A DNA stretch of 64,000 nucleotides from Candidatus Undivivens industriae. Lineage in GTDB: Bacteria; Omnitrophota; Gorgyraeia; Gygaellales; Profunditerraquicolaceae. Position 1 is the first letter of the stretch. Every line of letters begins with the position of its first letter. The stretch is from positions 104,962 to 168,961 of the forward strand of contig JAAYZR010000002.1 in assembly GCA_012514745.1 (NCBI GenBank), read 5' to 3'. Both the position numbers and the translations under genes were made by a program. Under the pieces are notes generated by a model, which saw only the letters and a program-made list of their open reading frames with translations, was not told the DNA's origin and did no database searches. Below, piece by piece: positions 49,453-58,867 of the stretch.

Positions 49453-50784
49453 ATGGCGAAGATGACCGGAAAAGAAATAATGAAGCTGGTAAAGGATAAA
49501 AACATCGGTTTTATCCGGCTCTGTTTTACCGACGTCCTGGGGTTCCTCAAGGGTTTTGCCATAACGGCGGACGAACTGGAGCGCGTGCTGGAAGAAGGCA
49601 TGGGGTTTGACGGCTCCTCGGTGGAAGGGTTCGCCAGGGTGGAAGAGTCGGATATGGTCGCAAGGCCCGACCCGGACACGTTCTCCGTTACCCCCTGGAG
49701 CGCCCAGGATAGACACCTTACCGCCGGTATGTTCTGTGATATATACGAGCCCGGCGGCAGGCCGTTTGAAGGAGACCCGCGTTACATCCTCAAACGTAAC
49801 CTGGCTGCGGCGAAAGAGATGGGCTATACCTATTACGTCGGACCGGAGCTCGAGTATTTTTATTTCAGCAATTCCTCCGTCCCGCAGCCGCTCGATAACG
49901 GCGGTTATTTCGACCTTGTTCCTTTGGACGTCGCCCAGGACCTGCGCAGGGATACCATCTCGGCGCTGCAATCTATGGGCATCGCCGTCGAATACAGCCA
50001 TCATGAAGTGGCGCCCAGCCAGCACGAGATCGACCTGCGTTACGGGGATGCGTTGCGTATGGCAGATAACGTAATGACTTACCGTCTGGTGGTGAAAGAG
50101 ATCGCGCGCAAGCATGGCGTATACGCAACTTTTATGCCCAAGCCGATCTACGGGATCAACGGCTCCGGCATGCACGTCCACCAGTCGCTGTTTAAGGGCG
50201 GCAAGAACGCCTTTTTTGATCCGTCCGACAAATACCATCTTTCGCCCGCCGGCAAAGCGTATACCGCCGGGTTGCTAAAGCATTCCAGGGAGATCACTTC
50301 CATAACCAGCCAGTGGGTCAATTCATACAAAAGGTTGATTCCGGGATATGAGGCACCCGTGTATATATGCTGGGCGCAGATGAACCGCTCCGCGCTTATA
50401 CGCGTGCCTATGTATAAACCCGGGAAAGAGAAATCCACGCGCATAGAATACCGTTCGCCGGATCCGGCCTGCAATCCATACCTGGCTTTCTCGGTTATGC
50501 TCGCCTGCGGCCTTGAAGGAATGAAACGCGGATATAAATTGGCTCCGCCGGCAAACGACAATATTTACCGTATGGATGAGGAGGAAAGGAACAAACAGGG
50601 TATAAGTTCTCTTCCCGACGACCTGCTGGAGGCCATACAGGTCACCGAGAAGAGCAAAATAGTCAAGGAAGCCTTGGGGGCCACTCTCTTCGAGTTCTTC
50701 ATCCGCAACAAGAAAATGGAGTGGGATGAATATAAGGCTCAAGTCACCCGGTATGAGATAAACAAGTATCTGCCGATACTTTAA
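49453..50784 (+). CDS. glnA: Glutamine synthetase type I (alpha-like, about 443 aa)
   Basis: FDGSS, GPELEY, HHEVAPSQHEI, TFMPKP, NGSGMH, YKRLIPGYEAP, RIEYRSPD. Confidence 0.95.
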   Translation: MAKMTGKEIMKLVKDKNIGFIRLCFTDVLGFLKGFAITADELERVLEEGMGFDGSSVEGFARVEESDMVARPDPDTFSVTPWSAQDRHLTAGMFCDIYEPGGRPFEGDPRYILKRNLAAAKEMGYTYYVGPELEYFYFSNSSVPQPLDNGGYFDLVPLDVAQDLRRDTISALQSMGIAVEYSHHEVAPSQHEIDLRYGDALRMADNVMTYRLVVKEIARKHGVYATFMPKPIYGINGSGMHVHQSLFKGGKNAFFDPSDKYHLSPAGKAYTAGLLKHSREITSITSQWVNSYKRLIPGYEAPVYICWAQMNRSALIRVPMYKPGKEKSTRIEYRSPDPACNPYLAFSVMLACGLEGMKRGYKLAPPANDNIYRMDEEERNKQGISSLPDDLLEAIQVTEKSKIVKEALGATLFEFFIRNKKMEWDEYKAQVTRYEINKYLPIL

Positions 50785-50835
50785 CCGGCGCGGCCCGCCT
50801 ATCTCGTCCGCTACAACCAGACAACAGAAAACGAA

Positions 50836-51576
50836 ATGACAGAGAAAAAAAGAGAACGTTCGTTCGCAGGCAAGAAAGATAACTACCAGATTTATCTGAA
50901 ACAGATAAACGCTCTGGCCCGGGTGGCCAGATTGATAAGTTCAGGGATGTATCTCGATGAGTTGCTTAAACTTATAGTTCACGTCACGGCGGAGGTTATG
51001 CAGTCCAAGATATGTTCTTTGATGCTGCTGGACCCGGAGACCAAGGAACTGGTGATCAAATCTACCCAGTCGGTCTCTGAGAGATACAATAATAAGCCTA
51101 ACATCAAGCTTGGCGAGGGCATCGCCGGAATGGTGGCCAAAGACAACAAACTGCTCTGCTCCGGGGACGTCAGGAAGGACAGGAGGTATGTCAACCGTGA
51201 GATAGCCAGGAGCGAGGCAATAGTGTCTCTGGCCAGCGTGCCCCTGGCCATTAAAGGCAAAGTGATAGGGGTGCTTAATTGTTATACTTCCGAGGAGCAT
51301 GAGTTCAGCCCCGCCGAATTGGACATTCTTACTACCGTCGCCGCGCAGGCCGCCGCCGCCATCGAGAACGCCGAACTGGACCTGCGGGCGCGCAGTGCCG
51401 AAGAAGCCCTGCAGACCCGCAAGCTCATAGAGCGCGCCAAAGAGATATTATCGCAGGACGCCAATATGCCGCCTTCTGAAGCGTTCAGGTTGATCCAAAA
51501 ACAGAGTATGGACAAACGCAAGACTATGAAGGAGATAGCCGAGGCGATAATACTCGCCAAGGATATCCGTTCCTAA
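50836..51576 (+). CDS. GAF-ANTAR RNA-binding antiterminator
   Basis: GAF domain (GEGIAG, SVPL..KGKVIGVL, AAAIENA) followed by ANTAR (RKLIERAKEIL...EAFRLIQKQSM...MKEIAEAII). Confidence 0.92.
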   Translation: MTEKKRERSFAGKKDNYQIYLKQINALARVARLISSGMYLDELLKLIVHVTAEVMQSKICSLMLLDPETKELVIKSTQSVSERYNNKPNIKLGEGIAGMVAKDNKLLCSGDVRKDRRYVNREIARSEAIVSLASVPLAIKGKVIGVLNCYTSEEHEFSPAELDILTTVAAQAAAAIENAELDLRARSAEEALQTRKLIERAKEILSQDANMPPSEAFRLIQKQSMDKRKTMKEIAEAIILAKDIRS

Positions 51577-51592
51577 AGAGGCGTAATTTCCC

Positions 51593-51621
51593 TTGACCGC
51601 CGGCCGGTTAAGGCATATAAT
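51593..51621 (+). promoter_or_regulatory. Sigma70 promoter of eno
   Basis: TTGACC-17 nt-TATAAT. Confidence 0.75.
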
Positions 51622-51697
51622 AAAAATCCGCTGGTTTCAGCCCGCGGTTTTCCGAATCATCCTTCTTCAACAATTACATAAAAGGAGCATGGTTTAA

Positions 51698-52963
<1,266 letters not shown>

Positions 52964-52969
52964 AGATGT

Positions 52970-53254
52970 ATGTTGAGAAAGGCGTTTTGTCTATTCGGAA
53001 TCACGGTTTTCCTGGTCATACTTTTCCTGCCGGGGTATACCAGACTGCAGGAATTGAAGGATAAAAACCGTGATCTTGGCGTAAAGATCAAGCGTTTGAT
53101 CATCGAGAACGCCTTGCTGGAAGAAGAGCTGAAACGTATAGAAAGCGACCCTATTTACCAGGAAAGACTGGCCAGGGAGAAACTCGGGGTGGTAAGGAAA
53201 GGCGAGGTGCCCGTAAAAATAGTCCCGGATAACGGGCGGCCGAGCAATCAATAG
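52970..53254 (+). CDS. ftsB: Septum formation initiator (FtsB/DivIC family)
   Basis: TM plus coiled coil, ERLAREKLG..RKGE, typical position after eno. Confidence 0.85.
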   Translation: MLRKAFCLFGITVFLVILFLPGYTRLQELKDKNRDLGVKIKRLIIENALLEEELKRIESDPIYQERLAREKLGVVRKGEVPVKIVPDNGRPSNQ

Positions 53255-53263
53255 AGATAGATT

Positions 53264-53340
<77 letters not shown>

Positions 53341-53345
53341 ATAAT

Positions 53346-53385
53346 AAGACACCCGCCAGGATACAGGGCGGGTGTCTTTATTTTT
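53346..53385 (+). terminator. Intrinsic terminator after tRNA-fMet
   Basis: AAGACACCCGCC/GGCGGGTGTCTT stem followed by TATTTTT. Confidence 0.8.
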
Positions 53386-53427
53386 GGCGACGCTAAAACC
53401 GCTCCTGAAATAAAAGTAACCGTAATT

Positions 53428-53850
53428 ATGTTAGTTATCATTAGATTAACGCTTAACGTGATTTCCCTTGTCCTGGCGGCGCAGCTCTGCCCGGGCATAA
53501 GCATTACGAACTGGCAGGCCGCCCTTGCGGCCGCGCTGGTACTCGGTCTTTTCAACCTCTTTCTTAAGCCGGCGCTGGTTTTTCTTACCCTCCCGATTAA
53601 CCTGCTCAGTTTTGGAGTGTTCATTTTCTTTATAAACGGACTGCTTTTTTACGCCGCCTCGCGAGTGGTAACCGGTTTCCATGTGGACGGTTACGGCAGC
53701 GCCCTTCTGGGGGCTTTCTTTTACAGCGCGATAAACCTGCTGCTTGGGATTCTTTTCAACAGCAGGGGCGGGAATAACGGCGGAAGCCCGCGCAAAGGGC
53801 CCGGCCGCAGGAGCGACGTGATAGATGTGGAAGCTAAAATAGAATCTTGA
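53428..53850 (+). CDS. YvlD-like 4-TM membrane protein (phage holin 4 family)
   Basis: LGLFN..LKP, LTLPINLLSFG, ING, PG/GF motifs. Confidence 0.85.
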   Translation: MLVIIRLTLNVISLVLAAQLCPGISITNWQAALAAALVLGLFNLFLKPALVFLTLPINLLSFGVFIFFINGLLFYAASRVVTGFHVDGYGSALLGAFFYSAINLLLGILFNSRGGNNGGSPRKGPGRRSDVIDVEAKIES

Positions 53851-53875
53851 CAGAGAACGGCGAGAATGCTATAAT
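53847..53875 (+). promoter_or_regulatory. Consensus sigma70 promoter of the nadE(Gln)-sigma operon
   Basis: TTGACA(53847)-17 nt-TATAAT(53870). Confidence 0.85.
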
Positions 53876-53883
53876 TTAAACAC

Positions 53884-53995
53884 ATTACGAAGGCGTAATA
53901 GACAAAGGCGTTTGCTGAATCACCGCAGATGCCTTTTTTGTTTTCCCGGATAACGTGGTCCTGAAAGCCGCAACACAGCTTTCAGGATTTTTTTT
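53884..53995 (+). promoter_or_regulatory. ANTAR-type antitermination leader with two tandem terminators
   Basis: Hexaloop hairpins ATTAC-GAAGGC-GTAAT, AGAC-AAAGGC-GTTT and GGAT-AACGTG-GTCC; terminators at 53904-53939 and 53959-53995. Confidence 0.75.
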
Positions 53996-54029
53996 ACCCG
54001 CTGAGAAGCGGTTTAAGGATGGGTTCATC

Positions 54030-55622
54030 GTGGAAAAGATCGCTTTGGCACAGATCAACTGCACGGTAGGGGGTGTGCGGGACAATGCGCAGAAGATCAT
54101 CGAATTCAGCCGGCTGGCGGCCGCCGAAGGCAATAAAATGGCCGTTTTCCCGGAGTTGGCCGTCACCGGTTATCCTCCGGAAGACTTGCTGCTAAAACCC
54201 TCTTTTATCGCCGACAACCTGGAGCAATCCAGGAGAATAGTCGCTTCCGCCGGCGATATGATTGTCATTTTCGGGTTCGTTGATACCGACGGAGAAAGGT
54301 TATATAACGCCGCCGCCGCGGCCGTCCGCGGTAAACTCGCCGGCGTGTACCGTAAAGTCCTGCTGCCTAACTACGGCGTGTTCGACGAAAAACGTTATTT
54401 CGCTCCGGGTAAAGAGGCCCCGGTTTTTAGGATCGACGGTCTATCTATGGGGATCAGTGTCTGCGAGGATATTTGGCACGCGTCCGGCCCGGTATACGAA
54501 CAGGCCAGGACCGGGGCGGAGGTCCTGGTCAATATCAGCGCTTCTCCCTATCAAATCGGCAAGATCGCAGAACGCGGGGATACCCTTTGCCGCTGCGCCG
54601 CGGAGTGCGGAGTGCCGATAGTTTATGTCAATCTTGTGGGAGGGCAGGATGATCTGGTGTTCGACGGAGGGAGCATGTTCATATCGTCTGCCGGCGGGGT
54701 GCTATCGCGCGCCGCTGTCTTCAAGGAAGAGCTCTTTACCCTGGAGCGGGCTGTCTGCCGCCGGCCGGAATATTCTTTGGAGCAGGAAGAAGAGGTTTAT
54801 TCCGCTCTGACTCTCGGTTTGAAAGATTATTTTCGCAAGAACGGTTTTAAAAAGGCGGTGCTGGGCCTTAGCGGCGGGATAGATTCGGCACTCACCGCTG
54901 CACTGGCCGCCGACGCGCTCGGCAGCGAAAACGTGACCGGCGTCTTCCTACCGGCCAGGTATACTTCCAAACAGTCGCATGACGACGCCCTAAAGCTTGC
55001 CCGCGGGCTGGGCATCGGGTTCAAGCGTATATCCATCGAGCCGATTTTTCGGCTTTACCTGTTGAGCCTGGAGGAACAGTTCAGCGGACTGCCGAGGGAT
55101 TGCACGGAAGAAAATCTGCAAGCGCGTATACGAGGCGCGCTGCTTATGGCTCTGTCCAATAAATTCGGGTGGCTGGTGCTCGCCACGGGAAACAAGTCGG
55201 AGATGAGTGTGGGGTATTCCACCATCTACGGTGATCTCGCCGGAGGGTTCGCGGTTTTAAAGGACGTGCCGAAGACTCTTATTTACAGGCTGGTCGCGTA
55301 CCGCAACCGCCGTTCCCCGGTCATACCGGAAAGCGTTATATCACGTGAACCCACTGCTGAACTTAGCCCGGGGCAGAAGGACAGCGATACCCTTCCGCCT
55401 TATGATGTGCTGGACCCCATATTGAAGCTGTATATTGAAGAAGATGCTTCGGCGCAGGATATCATCGCCGCCGGCTTCCAGGAAAAAGACGTGCGCAGGG
55501 TGGTTTCGCTGGTAGACGGCAGCGAATATAAGCGTCGGCAGTCCCCTCCCGGGATAAAGATCACATCCAGGGCGTTCGGTAAGGACCGCAGGATGCCGAT
55601 CACCAACGGACAAAAACCATGA
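54030..55622 (+). CDS. nadE: Glutamine-dependent NAD+ synthetase
   Basis: Nitrilase domain (FPEL, K..LPNYGVFDEKRYF, CEDIW) fused to synthetase (SGGIDS, NLQARIRG, EYKRRQ); GTG start placed after the leader. Confidence 0.95.
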   Translation: MEKIALAQINCTVGGVRDNAQKIIEFSRLAAAEGNKMAVFPELAVTGYPPEDLLLKPSFIADNLEQSRRIVASAGDMIVIFGFVDTDGERLYNAAAAAVRGKLAGVYRKVLLPNYGVFDEKRYFAPGKEAPVFRIDGLSMGISVCEDIWHASGPVYEQARTGAEVLVNISASPYQIGKIAERGDTLCRCAAECGVPIVYVNLVGGQDDLVFDGGSMFISSAGGVLSRAAVFKEELFTLERAVCRRPEYSLEQEEEVYSALTLGLKDYFRKNGFKKAVLGLSGGIDSALTAALAADALGSENVTGVFLPARYTSKQSHDDALKLARGLGIGFKRISIEPIFRLYLLSLEEQFSGLPRDCTEENLQARIRGALLMALSNKFGWLVLATGNKSEMSVGYSTIYGDLAGGFAVLKDVPKTLIYRLVAYRNRRSPVIPESVISREPTAELSPGQKDSDTLPPYDVLDPILKLYIEEDASAQDIIAAGFQEKDVRRVVSLVDGSEYKRRQSPPGIKITSRAFGKDRRMPITNGQKP

Positions 55623-56131
55623 GTTACCCCGACCTGCTTAAGAGGCTGTCCCCGCGGCTGAAGGGAATAACGTATAAACTTAACGGGAAATTCACCTTTT
55701 TCAACGAAGAAGATCTTTTCCAGGAGGCGGCGGTCAGGCTTTGGCAGGAATTCGAGCTCGGGCGGCTTGCCGGCAAGACAGACAGTTACATACTTCAGGG
55801 ATGTTATTTTCATCTCAAGAATTACATAAGAAAAAAATACGACAAAAAGAATACACTGAGCCTGGAGGCGTTGCTGACCGAAGAGCCCGGGGCCGAGGAC
55901 AGGCTGTCGTGCCTTTCTTCGCCTGAGCCGTTCGAATCGCTGCACGCCGGAGTCGTGGAGAAGGAGATGCGTTCTGCGTGCCGCGATAAAAGAGAACACG
56001 AAATATTCCATTTGAGCCTGCGGGGTTTCACGGTTAGGGAGATCGCGGCCGAACTCGGCGTCTCGCATGTGCTGGTGGTAAGACTGCGAAAAAGGATGAG
56101 GGCAAAACTTTTATCTCTGGCCGCGGAGTGA
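55619..56131 (+). CDS. ECF-like (group 4) sigma70-family factor with no adjacent anti-sigma
   Basis: Region 2 EEDLFQEAAVRLW, region 4 HTH GFTVREIAAELGVS; 170 aa; ATGA overlap with nadE. Confidence 0.85.
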   Translation: MSYPDLLKRLSPRLKGITYKLNGKFTFFNEEDLFQEAAVRLWQEFELGRLAGKTDSYILQGCYFHLKNYIRKKYDKKNTLSLEALLTEEPGAEDRLSCLSSPEPFESLHAGVVEKEMRSACRDKREHEIFHLSLRGFTVREIAAELGVSHVLVVRLRKRMRAKLLSLAAE

Positions 56132-56136
56132 AGAGG

Positions 56137-56167
56137 TGTTACCAGAAACCGGATTTCTTTACTTGTA
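56137..56167 (+). promoter_or_regulatory. Candidate alternative-sigma promoter, copy 1
   Basis: TGTTACCA-N11-TCTTTACTTGTA; identical blocks and spacing at 58644. Confidence 0.65.
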
Positions 56168-56212
56168 ATAGTGAAGCTCTCCGGGTTCTAACCCGGTTTC
56201 ACCTTAGCTTAT

Positions 56213-56324
56213 GCACAAGGATGTGCGTTAAATAGAAACAACGGCCTGTTATAAAGGCTTGAGCTTAAATAAGACAGAGGCGTCTTGCTTCCGGGATCCA
56301 ACGATCGGAGGCAAGACGTTTTTT
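56213..56324 (+). promoter_or_regulatory. ANTAR-type antitermination leader of glnK-amtB-glnK
   Basis: GCAC-AAGGAT-GTGC, AACA-ACGGCC-TGTT and AAGAC-AGAGGC-GTCTT; the last overlaps terminator 56280-56324. Confidence 0.85.
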
Positions 56325-56358
56325 ATTGTATCCGCGCGGTCTATCCGGGAGGTGCGGG

Positions 56359-56697
56359 ATGAAAAAAATAGAAGCGGTGATAAGATCGGAAAAAGTCGGA
56401 GACGTGCGCAAGGCGCTGGACAAGACGTGCTTCTCCGGATTGATGCTTACCCAGGTGGACGGGCACGGTAAGCAGAAGGGTACGATGCAGGAATGGCGCG
56501 GAGACATTTATCGTGTGGGGATACTCCCCAAGACCAAGGTGGAGGTCGTGGTGGAAGATAAGGATCTTGATACCGTTGTCCGCGTAATCATGGACGCCGC
56601 CAGGACGGGAGAAATCGGAGACGGTAAGATATTCGTTTATCCTGTCGAAGAGGTTTACCGCATCAGGACGGCGGAAAAGGGAAGCGCGGCATTGTAA
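56359..56697 (+). CDS. glnK: PII nitrogen regulatory protein (Tyr51 present)
   Basis: GHGKQKG, TGEIGDGKIFV, RIRT. Confidence 0.93.
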   Translation: MKKIEAVIRSEKVGDVRKALDKTCFSGLMLTQVDGHGKQKGTMQEWRGDIYRVGILPKTKVEVVVEDKDLDTVVRVIMDAARTGEIGDGKIFVYPVEEVYRIRTAEKGSAAL

Positions 56698-56706
56698 TCC
56701 ATTTAA

Positions 56707-56800
56707 TCAAACCGCCCCCTCGCCCAGAAATCCCCGGGCGCTTGTCCAAGGCATTGCGACGAGAGGATTGTCCAACGGGCAGACCGGGGAGTTTCACTAT
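56707..56800 (+). repeat. Degenerate copy of the dispersed palindromic repeat
   Basis: TCAAACCGC...CAGAAATCCCCGG...CTTGTCC...CCGGGGAGTTTCAC. Confidence 0.5.
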
Positions 56801-56814
56801 TGAAAGGAGACGAG

Positions 56815-58041
56815 ATGAATTCCGGTGATACGGCATGGGTTTTGATTTCTTCGGCTCTTGTAATGTTGATGACGCCCGGCCTGGCCTTCTTTTACGGGGG
56901 TATGGTTAGGAAGAAGAATGTCCTTAGCATCCTGATGCAGTGTTTTATAGTCCTTTGTCTTTTGAGCGTTCAATGGGTGCTTTACGGTTACAGTATTTCC
57001 TTCGCACCCGGGGACGGCTTCTGGGGCGGGTTCAAATGGGCGGGGCTTGCCGGCGTCGGGCTGGAGCCTTACGCGGATTATTCGGCCACTATCCCGCACC
57101 AGGCTTTTATGATTTTCCAGGCTATGTTTGCCATAATTACTCCCGCTTTGATACTGGGAGCGTTCGCGGAAAGGATGAAGTTTTCCGCATTTTTGGCTTT
57201 CATATTGCTCTGGGTGACTTTCGTATACGGGCCGGTCTGCCATTGGGTATGGGGAATGGGCGGCTGGTTGAGAAAACTCGGAGCCCTTGATTTTGCAGGG
57301 GGCACAGTTGTGCATATCAACGCCGGTATCGCGGCTTTAGCAACGGCTATTGCTATCGGCAGGCGTAAGAATTTGGAGAAGAACGTTCCGACCCCGCATA
57401 ATATGCCGTTTGTAGTGTTGGGTACCGCTTTATTATGGTTCGGCTGGTTCGGGTTCAACGCCGGCAGCGCCCTGGCGGCCAACGGCCTCGCGGTAAACGC
57501 GTTCGTGGTCACCAACACCGCTGCCGCTGCCGCGGGTTTGAGCTGGGCATTTATAGAATGGATTAAGAACGGTAAACCTACCGTTCTCGGCGTGGCCAGC
57601 GGAGCGGTGGCGGGACTGGTCGCTATCACCCCGGCGGCGGGTTTCGTAAGCGTGATCCCTGCCATCTTCATCGGTCTGTTGGTAAGCCTGTTCTGTTTTG
57701 TTTTTGTGAGCGAGGTCAAAAGGAAGTTCGCTTATGACGATTCTCTCGATGCTTTCGGCGTGCATTGCGTGGGTGGAGTCTGGGGGGCCCTTGCGACCGG
57801 ATTGTTCGCTTCTAAAGCGGTCAATCCTGCCGGGGCGGACGGCCTGTTTTTCGGCAATCCGCAGCAATTCCTGGTGCAGATCGCGGCAGTCGCGGTAACG
57901 CTGGTCTATTCTTTCGCGGTCAGCATGGTTATCTACAAGATAGTAGATTCCGTGATGGGAGTACGCGTGGGAGAGAAAGAAGAATCCATTGGCCTTGATC
58001 TTACCCAGCACCACGAAAGAGCGTATACAATATTGGAATAA
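56815..58041 (+). CDS. amtB: Ammonium transporter
   Basis: MTPGLAFFYGG, DFAGGTVVH, WFGWFGFNAGS, DDSLDAFGVH. Confidence 0.97.
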   Translation: MNSGDTAWVLISSALVMLMTPGLAFFYGGMVRKKNVLSILMQCFIVLCLLSVQWVLYGYSISFAPGDGFWGGFKWAGLAGVGLEPYADYSATIPHQAFMIFQAMFAIITPALILGAFAERMKFSAFLAFILLWVTFVYGPVCHWVWGMGGWLRKLGALDFAGGTVVHINAGIAALATAIAIGRRKNLEKNVPTPHNMPFVVLGTALLWFGWFGFNAGSALAANGLAVNAFVVTNTAAAAAGLSWAFIEWIKNGKPTVLGVASGAVAGLVAITPAAGFVSVIPAIFIGLLVSLFCFVFVSEVKRKFAYDDSLDAFGVHCVGGVWGALATGLFASKAVNPAGADGLFFGNPQQFLVQIAAVAVTLVYSFAVSMVIYKIVDSVMGVRVGEKEESIGLDLTQHHERAYTILE

Positions 58042-58068
58042 TTCCTTGTAAGGATAAGGGGGATATAA

Positions 58069-58410
58069 ATGAAACTGGTAATAGCCATAATCCAGCCGGA
58101 CAAGCTGGAGGAAATCAAAGAGGAGCTTTACAGGTCGGAGATCAATCTTATTACCGTCAGCGAAGTGCTCGGCCACGGCCGCCAGAAAGGCGTAACGGAG
58201 TTCTACCGCGGGGCAAAGGAGACCGGGAATCTGTTGAGAAAGATCCGTATTGAAATAGCCGTGAACGACACTTTCCTGGAACCGGCAATAAAAGCGATAG
58301 TGGCCGGGGCCAAGACCGGCGAGACCGGAGACGGTAAGATATTCGTGCTGGATATGAAGGAGTGCGTGCGTATACGCACGGAAGAACGCGGTTCCACGGC
58401 GATAGGGTAG
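58069..58410 (+). CDS. glnK: PII nitrogen regulatory protein (Glu at position 51)
   Basis: GHGRQKG, YRG, TGETGDGKIFV, RIRT. Confidence 0.93.
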   Translation: MKLVIAIIQPDKLEEIKEELYRSEINLITVSEVLGHGRQKGVTEFYRGAKETGNLLRKIRIEIAVNDTFLEPAIKAIVAGAKTGETGDGKIFVLDMKECVRIRTEERGSTAIG

Positions 58411-58558
58411 GGATATAGAAAAAGAGGGATTGAGCGCCGCCGGGGACGGCAGGAAGAAAAGAGAGGGAGAAAGAGGCAAGTGAAGAAAAACAGGGGTCAG
58501 GAGAAAGGATTTTTTCTCCCTCCTCCCTTTTTAACGCGCGACGCCGTTTACTATATAC

Positions 58559-58587
58559 TTGACAGCGGGGGTGCTGGTATATATAAT
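58559..58587 (+). promoter_or_regulatory. Consensus sigma70 promoter upstream of GSIII
   Basis: TTGACA(58559)-17 nt-TATAAT(58582). Confidence 0.8.
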
Positions 58588-58643
58588 ATATAAAACAGCA
58601 GGCGATATCCGGTCCGGCGGCAGGAAGAATAATAAGAAAAAGC

Positions 58644-58674
58644 TGTTACCAAACCCGGGCAATCTTTACTTGTA
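58644..58674 (+). promoter_or_regulatory. Candidate alternative-sigma promoter, copy 2
   Basis: TGTTACCA-N11-TCTTTACTTGTA. Confidence 0.65.
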
Positions 58675-58681
58675 TAATTAA

Positions 58682-58771
58682 GGCACATCGTTGTGCCGTA
58701 AAATTAAGCGAAATATGAACAGAGGCGTTCAGGATAATCGCCGCAGGCGGTTTGAATGGACGCCTCTTTTT
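58682..58771 (+). promoter_or_regulatory. ANTAR-type antitermination leader of GSIII
   Basis: GGCAC-ATCGTT-GTGCC and TGAAC-AGAGGC-GTTCA; the second overlaps terminator AGAGGCGTTCA/TGGACGCCTCT followed by T tract. Confidence 0.85.
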
Positions 58772-58867
58772 ACTTGAGTCCAATGGAAACCCTGCTCGCG
58801 GCCTAATTTCTATTACCGAAAAAATAGAGTAGCCTCGGGTTCCACTCAGCAACGTAAGGAGGAAGTA

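Noticed and set aside
53428-53850. Holin-family gene next to a tRNA as a prophage sign
   Set aside because: YvlD-like proteins are common chromosomal genes, and no integrase, att repeat or phage genes are visible.
53955-54029. N-terminal extension of Gln-dependent NadE
   Set aside because: It runs through a terminator hairpin, and recognisable nitrilase sequence begins at GTG 54030.
56137-56167. Motif as a GlnR/TnrA, NtcA or sigma54 site
   Set aside because: It lacks TGTNA-N7-TNACA, GTA-N8-TAC and TGGCAC-N5-TTGC patterns and is not palindromic.
58774-58853. Glutamine riboswitch suggested by GCAACG
   Set aside because: I found no matching 5' CGTT strand or three-way junction after the terminator.
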